Assembly (NCBI GenBank): GCA_028023455.1
Contig: JAQFVV010000008.1
Coordinates: 14,136,001-14,200,000, forward strand
Direction of reading: 5' to 3'
DNA length: 64,000 nt
Source: Epiperipatus broadwayi
Taxonomy: Eukaryota > Animalia > Onychophora
In this document: positions 49,797 through 63,000 of the stretch, one piece after another
Layout: the number at the start of each line of letters is the position of its first letter
Numbering within the stretch: position 1 is the first letter of the stretch
Notes under the pieces: generated by a model
The model's input: only the letters and a program-made list of their open reading frames with translations
Database searches by the model: none
What the model was told of the DNA's origin: nothing
Made by a program: the position numbers and the translations under genes

Positions 49797-52700
49797 TTAA
49801 AAGATGAGTAATAAATTGAAAGGTTGCTAGTCTTTCACATGCTCCTACTGTTATTTCTCAGACAGCCAGTCAGATGTTAAACAGCGGTCTTAAAAGCGAT
49901 CAGGCCTCGACACATGACAGAGATTTTAATAAGAAAAGGATACCACCCTTCTCTGTACTTAACTTTCTATATATATAAGCCAGTCTTAAGCATCTTGGCT
50001 TGAAAGCTTGAAGATATAAACATATTCATTTATTACTCACTGAGTTTTTAATTTACGATATTACAGCGCGAAATCTTAGATTTACTACACCGCAATTTTC
50101 TAGATGTTAATATAAGTTATCAGCAATGTATCTAAATAATATTTGTCTAAATCACGTTATTATTAAATTAGTAATAAATTGAAAGGTTGCTAGTCTTTCA
50201 CATGCACCTACTGTTGTTTCTCAGACAGCCAATCAGATGTTAAACAGCAGTCTTAAGAGTGATCAGGCTTTGACACATGACAGATTTTGATAAGAAAAGA
50301 AAAGACTCAGTGAGTAATAAATGAATATCTTCAATCTTTCAAGCCAAGATGCTTAAAACTGGCTTATATATATTGTACCCTCACTTCCAGGAAATATGTA
50401 ATAATAATAAATTGGTCTAGCTCAGATAAATAATTACACTCATCTAAAATGTATCTAATCCATAATAAATATATTCTCCAATACTGTAAGTTATTAAACT
50501 AGCTCTAATTAATAAATAATAATATGGTTCAGTTTCATAAATTAAATAAATAAATATCTAATAAAAATGAGACTGTGAAGTGAGTTTACAAGTGGCAAGA
50601 CGAATACATTGATCCAATATCCCATAGGATATTACCTCAATGGCATAAGAATGCTATCCTCCCTCTTATTATCTTAAACACTAAATCTATAGCATTCCTA
50701 TGTCTTCAATAATTAATTAATTAAAATTATCCCAATAAAACAATCTTCATCTCTTTATCTAAATAATCTCAGGTTCTTTTAAAATAATTCTAGGCAATTA
50801 TAATTTCTGTAATTAAGCATGATAAGGGGATTTAATATCATTCTCAAATATATCTGACTAACACTAATAATAAATAAATAATAACAATCTTCAATGTATA
50901 ATTTAATCTTATCTATTTTCCCATTCTAACACTAATCATGAATAATAATAAGTAATATAATATAATTTTTCTTATTCTTCACATAGCATCTTATAAATAT
51001 GTGATATAATCTGAGAATATGTGGCAACCAATAATACTATAATTCTGTGTAAATATCTTATAGTTACTCTATGACCATAATAATATGACGAATGAAATTT
51101 CTTGAAGAATGTCAAGAAAATATAACTCTTAAATAATAATTTTATTTATGTTGTGCAAATATTATATTTTAAATCAAATTATCTGTGTTTATGTATCTGT
51201 GATGTGGAAAAATTGAGTCAACACCAAGATTTATAAAACAAGTTTAACAAATTTTATTAATAAACTTCAACAATAAACTTATATACACTGTTTACATTAT
51301 TAATGAACTTTACATTATCACACTCTGTACTTTTCAGAAATAAACTATATAAAAAAAAAAGTTATGGAACATTTTTTTTAAAAAAATATATCATTATTAT
51401 TAAAATATTATTATAATGTATCTCTGTTACATGTACATTAATTTAGTAAACTCAAGATACAAAATGAAAAATTAACCAGTTTAATATTTATCTATTAACT
51501 TGTACTTAGTTCTTTTAAAATAATTTAACATATCATGTAATCATTCCCAACTTAATAACGGCATGAATAAATTTAATTAACAACATAATGGTCTAATTAT
51601 ACTACTGACTGAATATTAATTTAATATCAGATAAAATGTATGTGTTGGTGTATATCGTTGCTACAGAATAACATTTACAATCACAATTCGGTTTTATCAT
51701 ATTACTTGTCAAAAAATATGCATTATATGTAATTCAATATTTTCATAAACCAACTTTAATTACACATCTTTATAAAAAAATCAATTTCAAATATGAAAAA
51801 TTTTATGATTCTGTTCCTGATAAACCATATTCTTATAATCTTTGTATTCATCTGTATCTTCACTCCAAGTAAGACAACCTATCATCCTTTTTAATACGAT
51901 CCACACCTCCAAAATTATTTATAATTTCCTATTTTAAATACAATCCTATACGATGTAATACTAGAAATTTTGATAGCGAACAGATGCGTAGGCATATAAA
52001 ACAAATTAGAGTCTAAACTTACTAGTACCTCTATTATATAACCATCGTGGTAACTGTATAAGAAATGAGGTATGACTTATCTGTCTAATAACCACCACAA
52101 AATATAATGTCCAGGCTATTCAGCTCTATGGAACATTTAACTTCAACACCAAGAAAACTGCCATGGAAAATATATTAGTTACAAGGTAAAGTCATCTATA
52201 TTTGCATAATCATCATCAATTATCCTTGTTCCCATACTAATACATCCTACATAAAACATCATCTTGGTTTTTTTAAAACTTATTTCCAAGTCACTATCCT
52301 TATAACTTCTTTAGAGATTTACGACTACATTGCTAAAATTCTTACACATCTCTACAACAATAAATAAATTCGCATACGAGTAACAACCTAATTGCTCAAT
52401 AACAATTACTTTATTCCTTTAATAACTCTTGAACTAAGATATAATAATCAGTATTGATATAATATTTCAATCACTTAAAATAAATATTAAATTCAATCGC
52501 GATAGAATCATACAATTGTATTTCCATTATGTTAGAATATATTTATAATATAAGATAAAAGTATGCATATTTTTTTAAATAAATACGTTCTTACACATCC
52601 ACACAAAAAAAAATGACAACATTTTGACCATCTAAAATAAAAAAAAAAAATCATTAATATTTTTATAATTATTATCATAAGTGATATCTTCCCTGGTTAA

Positions 52701-55294
52701 TCACTTAATTGATGTTTCTGGTTCACAAATTAAATAACAAAACTTGCATAGTATATCATTCATTCAATACTATTACACCTAAAATATTAAGTTTTTTTTA
52801 ATTTATTAATTTTTTTTTATAAGAATCTAAGTATTATTTTAGTAAGTAGTTTAATGTTTTTATGTTCTTTTCCTATCTCTAATCCATGGATAAGCATTAA
52901 CACTAAGATTAGTAAAAAAAATAATTCAAAATCATATTTACGAAAACAAAACTTTGCCCATAAAGTTCATCAAAGAAAATGTTTTTTTTCCTCTCGGGTG
53001 TTTCAACTTCCCAATACTTGTTGATAAAACTTCTACTGATGCCAAAATCACACATGCTCTGTTGGTTCCATTTTTAAAACAAAATGAATGACAACTTTCA
53101 AAAAAAAAAAGGTAAGTCGACTTTTAAAATATCCGGATTGATTCATAAATAACCATGGATTTGCTCCTAAAAGTTTATAAAATAATAATTCATAGTTCCC
53201 ATTATTCAACAAAAAAATATATATATTGAAAGTACTTTTCAATATATAATAAAATAATTTCAAAGTTCTGCTACTTTCATTCAAATCCCATGATGGTTTA
53301 TAGTGTTTTTGGTATGGTAACACTAATTCAGTGTTTCTCGACACTTACTACATATTTAAATATTTCCATAAATAATTTTTTAACATCTTTTGTATGACCA
53401 GCATACATAAATTAATAATAGGATAAATTTGTTACTTGTTTTAAAGATTTCTTTCAATAAGATGTAAAATGTTTTGATAACAGTCTTGGTTTTTACATTT
53501 TTAAAATTATTAAAATAGATTATTAAATATTTCTTCATAAAGAAACATTTCTGCATTTCCCAAAATAATTATTTTCATCAAGTTAAAAGTTTTTTTCTTA
53601 AAACTTTACTATCTTATTTCCTTAGTCTTAATGTTAAAATCAGTCCAAATAAAGGCATTTTTTTCTTTTTTACTTTTAATTTTTGGTGAATCTCCTTTAA
53701 ACCTCCCATATGATGTCCAATTTGCTAATCTCAATAGCAAATTACAATTACTAATTAATATAAGCAAAATTATATGCCTAATGGAAACAATAATTTTGAC
53801 ATTTTTTACATAAATTTAATGATGATCTATTCATGTTTAACGTAACATTAGAATTAAGCTTAATAAATCAGTTGATAAGGAATTACTTAGCTTTTAGCAA
53901 GGCATTTTTGTATTATACGATCTTATAATAAATTACTGTACTTTCTTGGAAGTAGAAATTAATATAATTGACTATTAATGGTATTTTTAATCTTTAGACT
54001 ACAAACTAACAAAAATTAACTTGATTAATGAAGCACATTTAGTTAACAGAAGTAGTAGTAGTAGTAGTACCACAAAAATAATTGTGCACCAATTTTTATA
54101 CCCAAATAAATTACTCCCTTGATTGGTTAATTAAACAATGCTCTGCTAGCTTATTTACATACCTAGCCAACAATTCAGAATCAAAGTTAAAAATAAACAA
54201 TTTATCTAATATTTATTATATTATTTAATTCCAAGTTAATTTTCATATTTTATTCACATCTACCAAACACTTCAAAATAACTTAAAATTATATTGTAATA
54301 TTTATTATTACCTTTAGCTTTTTTAAAATGTAGCTATTTTCAAAACAAAAATCTAATTTTATCTATTACATTCGTTTTTTTTTAAATAAATAAAAACACG
54401 ACTTAATATTTTATACTAACTAACTTTATTTTTATCTTGTGGTAGTCCAATATAATATTTTAAATTTTATAATAGAATTTTAAAACAGTTTTGCAACTTT
54501 ACTAAAAAAAAAAAACTCGCAAGCATGTGTGTATCGATATCTATCTGTCACATGACTTACAACCCAGATGAAACGCTTACAATTTAGCTGAAAATAACCT
54601 AAATAATTCAATTTACAAAAAAAAATATATATTTTTTATAAAATAACAATATAACAACTTTTAAAATAATAGTTTAATATCACAAAACCGAATATTCATT
54701 TTCTACCACAATACTACTTTTAAATAAATATTTTACATTCAATTATTAAATATTAATTTTTATTACTCAAATATATTATTTATTTAACTTCAAGTTATCA
54801 CTTTTAAAATTTACTTTAAACATTTATTTACAAGACTTATTAATGCAGTATTTATTATGGCCAGTTTTCCCAACCGTACAATATTATAATTTATCTTTAG
54901 TTGACTGTTTTTTAAAATATTAACACAATATTATACATTAAATATTCTTATTTGCTTTAACTAGACTTTTAAAAAGATCGTCAACACATTATATACATCA
55001 TACCCCTAAAATAACTTACATTTAAATTTTTTTTTAGTAAATTGATATAAACAATTTCTCCTAACCTAAACAAAAGGGTACAATATAAAAAGTTAAGTAA
55101 AGAGAAGGATGGTATCATCCTTTTCTTATCAAAATCTCTGTCATGTGTCAAGGCCTGATCGCTCTTAAGACCGCTGTTTAACATCTGATTGGCTGTCTGA
55201 GAAACAACAGCAGGTGCATGTGAAAGACTAGCAACCTTTCAATTTATTACTAATTTAATGATGTGATTTAGACAAATATTACTTAAAAGATGAG
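49797..55294 (+). mobile_element. Penelope-like inverted/tandem-repeat insertion #4, interrupted by a 4.7-kb element
   Basis: 12-bp direct repeat TTAAAAGATGAG at 49797-49808 and 55283-55294. Antisense copies at 49808 and 50171 (363-bp period). Sense copy 50305-50373 continues at 55083-55250. 32-bp tail at 55251-55282, also present inverted at 50137-50170. Confidence 0.7.
50374..55082. mobile_element. Unclassified 4.7-kb element with TG...CA termini and a 4-bp TSD
   Basis: Termini TGTACCCT / AGGGTACA. TSD ATAT at 50370-50373 and 55083-55086. The empty site GGCTTATATATATAAAAGTTAAG matches the intact repeat copy at about 49950-49985 (reverse strand). Decayed minus-strand ORFs at about 51700-52350 and 52850-53750. 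Confidence 0.75.
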
Positions 55295-58200
55295 CTAAAT
55301 CACATTAACATTAGCCACACAAATATCCTTAGGATAAACATCCTCAATAAGATTTGAAAACTAATTATTTATATTCACAATAAGACTAAAGCAACTTTAT
55401 TTAATTGGTCTGTTAATTACAAATGAAACTATAATTTTATATTATTTATAATGGGTGTTAATTATTCCAAGTAACAATGTCTAATATATAAAAAAATGAT
55501 ATTTCAATATGTTTATATATGGTCTTTGGAAGTTCATATGGTATATTACTTTTTATAAATGACTATTTATTAGTCTGTTTTTATAATCTGGAAGTTATAA
55601 TTGACTTTATTAGTCTGCTTTCAGAACAGGTTATATTTTCCCGATTAATGAGATTTGTTTAAACTTCTTTGTATTATTAATCTCACTCTCCTTGATCAAG
55701 TTGCAATCTTTAGTGTCTATATTGTAATCATCAGATTTGTACATTCACCTAACAAAATCCAGAGTTCAGACAAAATATAGCAAAGCTGATAGAACCAAGA
55801 TGGTGAGATCTTGAGTCTGACCAACTTCAACTCATTTACCTGTACTCCATGATTTAACATCTTATGAATAACATTTCCAAGGTTACACTCAGTCTCGATT
55901 TCTAATGTGAACTGACTGGGTAAAGGGAGAAACATGACAGGGTGCAATTAATGATTTGTATATAATAATGGTTTAATGAACTACTTAACATGCTATAACT
56001 TAACTAAGAAATGCATAATAATAATAAAGAATTTGGAGTGGATCTACAAGTAGTGATGTGAAACAATGTAAGTTTAAATAAGTTTAATAAACAAATGTTA
56101 AATAATATTAAAACAAAGAATATTATTGAGTGAAAATGGGCACAATTACACATGCAAGCATTACAGTAATGATGAGATAAAGTGATACAGCTGCCTCATT
56201 AATATCCAATTTAATTATGTAAGTATCTGCAGTTTATGAATCATGCCTAATATTTTGATACGCCAAATTTATTCTTTAGTTTGCCAACATTATGAATTAA
56301 AATGCTAGCCAGGATGATTAATACATATATCATTAAAATGATTATTAAATATACCAGAGCAAGTAAATAAGCTCTAAATACAGATTCTTTATGGTAAATT
56401 AGATTATTGGCTCAGACTAATGCTGAACATTATTAAGGGAGAAGAGCTGGTTGCCCTTAGATTTTGCATCTGGAAACTATGGCACTTATAAAATAAATTC
56501 AGGTAGGACTTAATGGCTTGCTAGCATAATAAAGAATATTTCTAGTTCGCAAAGTTGGATAGGCTTTGAATACGGTTCTGGACCCTCATGTTCTAGTTTT
56601 AAAAGATAACCATCCGGACTTAAGAATGGGATGACCTGATACCAGAAATCCATTTCAAAAAGGCATAGCAAGATGTTAGTGCACACTTGGTGCTTAACAA
56701 AGACTCACTTGCAACACTTAGTAATACTAACATGTACATATAAACATTAATTAATGGCCTAAATGTATAGTTTCTGTCTGCAGAAACTAACTTGACACAG
56801 CTCTTAAAGTAATCATGCTAAGAAAGGGTTGACTAAATATTAATCTAGTTTATATATTGAACCAGAGATTTCTCCACTTCAAAAGTCCAATATTTTAAGA
56901 AAAAGACCAAAAAATATTGCCTTGTATTTTTCTTATACTTTGTTTTTGTATTTTAAGAGTACATGCAATAACACACATGCATTTATATTTTAAAATTCTG
57001 TGATTTTACTTTTCAGTAGGTTTTAGTTTAAAATAATTTTCTTTTGACTCATTTTTTTTCTCCTTACAGTAATTAAAAGCAAACAAAGCTTTTTATTTTG
57101 TTGATTTTAATCTATTTTTAAAAGCTGAGATTTTTTTTATTAATTAACGTTTGAAAAAGATAAGAGCCCTGGTCAGATTTTTTTAAGATTAAGTGGGAGA
57201 TAGATTTTTTAATTAAAGATAAGACAGGAGATAACAATTGACATAAATAGTTCTGAGTTTTTGACTGAGTTATTCTTATTCTGTTTTTTATTGTGATTTT
57301 TATTTGGATTTCTGTGCTAATATATTTGCTAATTGCGGATGGTAGATGCCTTATATTTTGAAGATTGCTATTTACATCATATCATAACTGCTATATTTTT
57401 GTGAATGAAAAATTACTGACTGCTATTTACTGTGCTAATAGCGACCATCCATTCATCATGCCAAAAATACATGCTATGAGAAATCTTAATATACAGTGCT
57501 AAATCTTTCCAAAAACAAACCCTGAAGCTCCATAATTGTGCCTTCAAGAACATGACCTAATTGTCTAGTTTAAACACATCCTAAAAATTGCCTCAGACAT
57601 TACAGCCAGATTACTGGAGACCAAATACCATTGTGATTTAGTCAATTTAAAAAGAATCTTGCTCACCCTTCGGGAATAACTATGGACAATTCAAAGCCTG
57701 AAAGCTAATAACTTTCATATATTGAAGCTAAAAAGAAACCAGTTTGTAATAAGTTTTGCATATTCACTTAAATATCACTAATTATTTGATTATGTAATTT
57801 ATATGTATTAGAGTCTTAGTTTAAGACTTCATATTTTAAATTTATTTGTCCGAGAGTGTATTGCAAGTTTATATTTTATACTTTGTGTTTCTCTTTTTTA
57901 TATTACTAACCATTGGTAAATGCTTGGGCAGATAATAGTAATTTTCTTTTTAATTCACCTGCTCCTTATTCATTTATTATAATTAATTTAGACAATCTTG
58001 GTTTGCGTTTCTGCAGACTAAATCTTTTGGCTAGCAATTTATCGAGTGTATTGTTCTGTTTTTCTTAAACAGATTTTGATTTTCCTATATTTCAGATTAC
58101 ATAATCTTTTCTTTATCTCTTGTCAGAATCAGCCTTCAAGGACTTAAACGTGCCCTTTCATGAGTGTTTGTGGAAATGACATTCCTATTATGCCTATGTT

Positions 58201-59249
58201 TTACTGGGCTTTAGGAAAAGATTGTGCTGTGCTGTTTGTTAAATTCTGTACAAGATGGTTCTTTTTTGTTTTTAAATCTCTAACTAAAGGAAACTGAAAT
58301 TTGGATAAATTGTTGGCAGGAAGACATTATAAATCCCTTTTAATTCTTAGGTGACTCTACTTAACTGCCAAAGTATTTGATGCCAGTACTCCCATACATT
58401 GATAAACAGGTGGAGGAATTTAGGTCAAACTTTCATATTATGTTCTATAAATATTTTAGATTTAATAAATTTTAAAATTTTTTATAATTATTTTTGTCTG
58501 ACATTTGTCTATGTGTTTTTTTTCTCAATTGTCTGCACAATGTTAAAGATCTCTTTCTCTCCCTGGGTCTAGTTGGTAGCATTTATCATCATTGTTAACT
58601 TTTGGATCACCGTAAATTAATTTCTAGGTAGATAGTGACCTAGTGGTGCCCTCGGTGATCAAAAAATCAAAGTAACTGGTACAGTGTATTGAATCCGTAT
58701 TCACATATACAAGATTAAGTTAGGGAGGAGAAAATATATTTAATGGCCTTAGTATTATTTTAAAATATATTTTTAATACATAACTTAATAGCTGGTAACT
58801 CGTTAGGGAAACCTTATTAAACAATACTAATTTTAAGGCAAATAAATATTGATAATAAGAAGGCATAGTGATCAGTTATTATCTATAGAATATGATTTCG
58901 AAGCAGCAATTCATACATGCTAAAAATCATTGTTAAACCTTACACTGGAGAGCTTCTAATTGTCTCTCCCTAAAAGTTTAGTAATGTTAAATAAATGAAA
59001 GCAAAAGAAATTAATTAAGAAACAGTAAATGTAGACATGATCACAATTTATAGAAAGATAAAATAATAACTGTTTACAATTGTTACAAGCTAAAGAAATG
59101 AGTTTTCTGATTTAATTTACAGGCAAGTTTACAGTTAATTTTAGAATGGGTTAGACTAGAGGAATTCATAATTTAAAAGAAATGCTTAAAATGAACATTC
59201 ATAGGTTACAATAGTTAGCTTAATATTTTAATAGCAGTTTAGAAATAAT

Positions 59250-59700
59250 TTTAAGAGCTCTGGTTTAGGAAGATATTACCAATGTCTTTTTGCAGTTTTG
59301 TCATCCCGCACTTAGGAGTAGGTATTGTGGCATTCTTCTTAAATAGATTGCTCAATAATGAAGTCTTCTTTGGCAACAGGCTGTATCTGGTCTGTCCATC
59401 CCAGCAGTGGTGATAATTACATGCTATGACAGCATGCAGAATGGAGCTGAAGGTAACTGTTCTTCCATGAGAATATGACAAATTGGTCACCTTTCTAGCT
59501 GCTCATTCTAACATTATGACTGGCATAGCTTCATGCAGCAACACCCTTGAATTATAGAGTACATATCTTATAGTACCAATATATAGGGCATTTATACTAT
59601 TTCCCACTATTTTATATTTGCCCACAAACTAGGTTCATAGCATGGAAATCCATTAGCTTGTTTACAAGCCTGATTTAAATTTACTAAATTGACTTTACCA
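59250..59700 (-). pseudogene. Possible Penelope-like RT remnant
   Basis: CKQANGFP..., ..RYV.., and KDIGNIFLNQS weakly resemble PLE RT segments. Heavily decayed. Confidence 0.25.
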
Positions 59701-59753
59701 TTGTTAATTTTTCTAATTGTCTAATTTTATCTTAGTTTAGACAACTCGATTCT

Positions 59754-59855
59754 AGGGCTTTCAAAATGGTTAAAACTGAAACCGTTTTTTGCTAAAATTT
59801 ACCTAGCCATTAAACCCGGGTTTTTCTGAAAAACCGAAAGTCGGGGTTTTTTTTC
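59754..59855 (+). mobile_element. Possible hAT-like terminus fragment
   Basis: TAGGGCTTTCAAAA start with AAACCG/AAAACCG subterminal motifs. No partner end found. Confidence 0.3.
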
Positions 59856-59884
59856 AAGTGATAAATAATTTTATTTTTCTTCTG

Positions 59885-60340
59885 TTATTTATAAAGTATT
59901 TATATTACATTCGAATATTGGCCTTTCAAGCCAATTGTGCAAATGCTTTGCGATTGTTAAATAATAAATAAATAAATGCTTATTTATATATGTGATTAAG
60001 TTTCAGTTGAAATGACGTTTAGTAAATTCTAGAAAATTTCATCAGCGTCATTCATTCAGACATTGTATATAGTAATTTAAAGTGACCATTCTATTGTCAC
60101 ACCTTCTGTGCCAGTACTTCAGATTTGCTCATATATAAATATTTGAGTCGTAGGAATAAGAGGGATTCTTTTTATTCCTGTATAAATTCTATATCTTGTA
60201 TTGGTCAGAGGGTATTCATTTATTATTTAACACTCACAAAGCATTTGCACAATTGGCCTGAAAGGCTGATATTCGAATGTAATTACAAATTGTATACAGA
60301 TGCTATAAAAATAAATGTTTATTTATAAAGTATTTATATT
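59885..60340 (+). mobile_element. Penelope-like inverted-repeat insertion #5
   Basis: 22-bp direct repeat TTATTTATAAAGTATTTATATT at 59885-59906 and 60319-60340. Inverted arms about 59904-59970 and 60217-60283. 35-bp tail at 60284-60318. Confidence 0.7.
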
Positions 60341-60663
60341 GTAATTTATTTAAATTCAAATAAAAAGAAAAAGTATACATTGTATGAACGAATGAGCAAT
60401 GTTTAAATAGCAAATAAAAAATATTATAGTGAAGGAAGTGGAATTTGAGTATCAATAAATTTAAGAAGACAAAAAAAACTTTTTACACCATGGTACAGAT
60501 TTTGTGTTGTAGCAACTACAAAAATATTAAATTTTCTTAAATAAATATTCTGCGTATACAATATAGTATATATTGAATTTTAAGTAAATACTTTGAAAAT
60601 ACATTTATAGTTATTTTTGAATAAAGAATTTATACTTACAACAATAGCTTCAAGTAACTATTA

Positions 60664-61620
60664 CACCTGGGTCTCGTTTTATGCAGATTATTTTAATGCG
60701 ATTTTGAAGTTTCTTCTTAATATCTTTCATATTTCATTATATTTATTAGATATCAAGAAATTTAAATTATTAATAACTTATTTTGACTTGAAATACTTTT
60801 TTTTTCCAAAAATATAATGTTATATTAGCAGCTAATGTGAATATGGCCTGAAGCTGTATTGAGAAACTTAGCTTCTATGTAAATAACCTACTTATACTAA
60901 TGAGTAACTAATAATAATAGATTTATACTTACATATAAAAATATCGCTATAAATATTCAAAAAATTTAAACTTTTAAAACATATTTTGCTATATATAACA
61001 GAAATAAATAAACTTTTAGATTTTTAAAATAAAAAACGAAGATTTTATAAACTGAAAATAATCTTTCTAATGATAATATATAATCTTTTTGTTTTGATTG
61101 TGATTTCATTTTTTGAATATAGAAACAGAAAACCATTAACAAAGCACAAGACTGAAAGTGGCACTTGTTGTACATCAATCACATCATGAATAAAAATAAA
61201 GTGGCTAACAGGTTTCTCTGGGCATAATTGCTGAGAGATTCTTGCCTTCGTTTAAGGAGAAGCCACAATACATCACATCGAATATGATTTCTTACTAGTT
61301 TACAAATGAATACTAGTGGTAATGATTAAAATATGTATGAAAAATGTAAAATTAAATACTGTAGTTAATAAAAAATAAAAAAAGTTTGTCTTTTATTAAT
61401 TTTCAAATATTTTAAATTTTTTATTAGTCATACTTTATTTGCTTATATTTTTAATGTGAATTTTAAAGTAATTTTTTCTTGTTGCTTTGCTTTTATGCAA
61501 ATTCTGAAAATTACAGAACCTATCCCCCATTTTTCAAGGTAAGTTGTCTATTTTTGTGCGATTTTTTTGAATGTGGGTTTACTGTGGAACCTTTCTACCA
61601 CATAAAATGAGACCCAGGTG
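60664..61620. mobile_element. MITE (Tc1/mariner-like, TA target), copy 2, complete
   Basis: TA|CACCTGGGTCTCGTTTTATG ... CATAAAATGAGACCCAGGTG|TA. No coding capacity. Confidence 0.9.
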
Positions 61621-62149
61621 TAATTGTATTTTATTTTAGGCTAAATATGAACAGCAAAAAATGAGTTGTTTTGATCGGCAGTAATTTCTGTACCAAATTA
61701 TATTCATCCATGAAATATGACCTGTGAGATGCATTAATTTTTCTTAAATATTATTTTATTAAAAAACAATATGTTATATTTTATGTTACTTTTCTATTCT
61801 TTTCACTCTTAATAAAATATTAATTATAAAGTTATATTATTTTTATTTTTATTTTATATAATTCTTAAATAAAAAATAATTCTAATTGTTAAATTTTGTG
61901 TTGTATATTTTTATTTATTTTCCTTGGCTTATAGCTCCGCTATATTTAAAGTAGGTTTTAATGTATATTTAAAGTAATAGTCTATTTATTTTTATACTTT
62001 ATTAAGAAAACTGACTAAAAACTGATTTTTCTCTTAAATCAGGTGCACGTGGTGTGATTTTTATTGACAAGATTGATTTTAAATTTAGAAATTTAACAAA
62101 TTATTATATATATATTTCATTATATACGTATTCTGGTCACAAGTGAAAT

Positions 62150-63000
62150 TGTACATATATATGCAATTCTTAATGAACTAAACTTATAACACAAATTTAT
62201 AATAATTAAAGATCCGAATATAAATTTGCTGCAACATATCTAAATCTAGTACATATTACAGCTTGTATTCACATATATATAGTTATGCTGACACATATAT
62301 AATGATGTTCAAACAGATATACATTTATCCAGATACACGTGTACTCGATGGGGGTTTAAAGTTAATACAGGTATTACTATTGGATATAGCAGATGAAACG
62401 GATAGTCTGAAGGAATATATTGTTTCAATATAAATATATCAGACCATAGACAAAGATTGTACCACTTTTATTGTTAAAGGAGGTTGCCGTGACTACAGGT
62501 TGAGATTGTTGATAACTTAAGGGTTGATTGTTATTATGTTTATATAGTCTGGTACTGTAGTGAATAATTAATGATATTTATGTTTTCACACAGCTTTACA
62601 TTTAATGATAATTTCAGATACTTTATTAGTTGTCTTACCATTGTGTATTCAAAACAAGATTGAATTCCAACCCACAAACAAAATATTATACTGCAAGTTC
62701 AACAAAAATCATTAATGGCAAAGATAACTATAATTATTTACAGTTGCATACATAACATGTTATACACATATTGTCGACTGCACCCATTCTGGTCACTAAT
62801 CAAGGTTTGCAGATACACTTGTCAATCTGCCATGTTATCCTTTTTTTGCCAACTTGGTTGCGTCTCCAATAAGTAATATGAATACTAATGGATGCCCTAC
62901 AAATAATTATATACACATATCCTTTCCTAAAGTTCAACATCTATTATGTGATCAATTCAATCTTTGACTTTAGTTACTATTTCAGTAAATGTTAATATCC
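62150..63000 (-). pseudogene. Decayed 5' part of a CR1/L2-like LINE (SGNH-esterase-like ORF1 and start of EN)
   Basis: Minus strand ILLIGDA..., CICKP, and IIVIFAIND resemble the IGDS / KPG / xxAGTND blocks of esterase-type ORF1. Many stops. Confidence 0.4.

Noticed and set aside
54051-54068. (AGT)6 as a Polinton/Maverick terminus
   Set aside because: No matching ACT-repeat end, TIR, 6-bp TSD or PolB/integrase motifs were found. It is best treated as a microsatellite.
55717-55947. 76-aa minus-strand ORF as a Gypsy RT fragment
   Set aside because: It has only a faint LKISPS resemblance, which is too weak to call.
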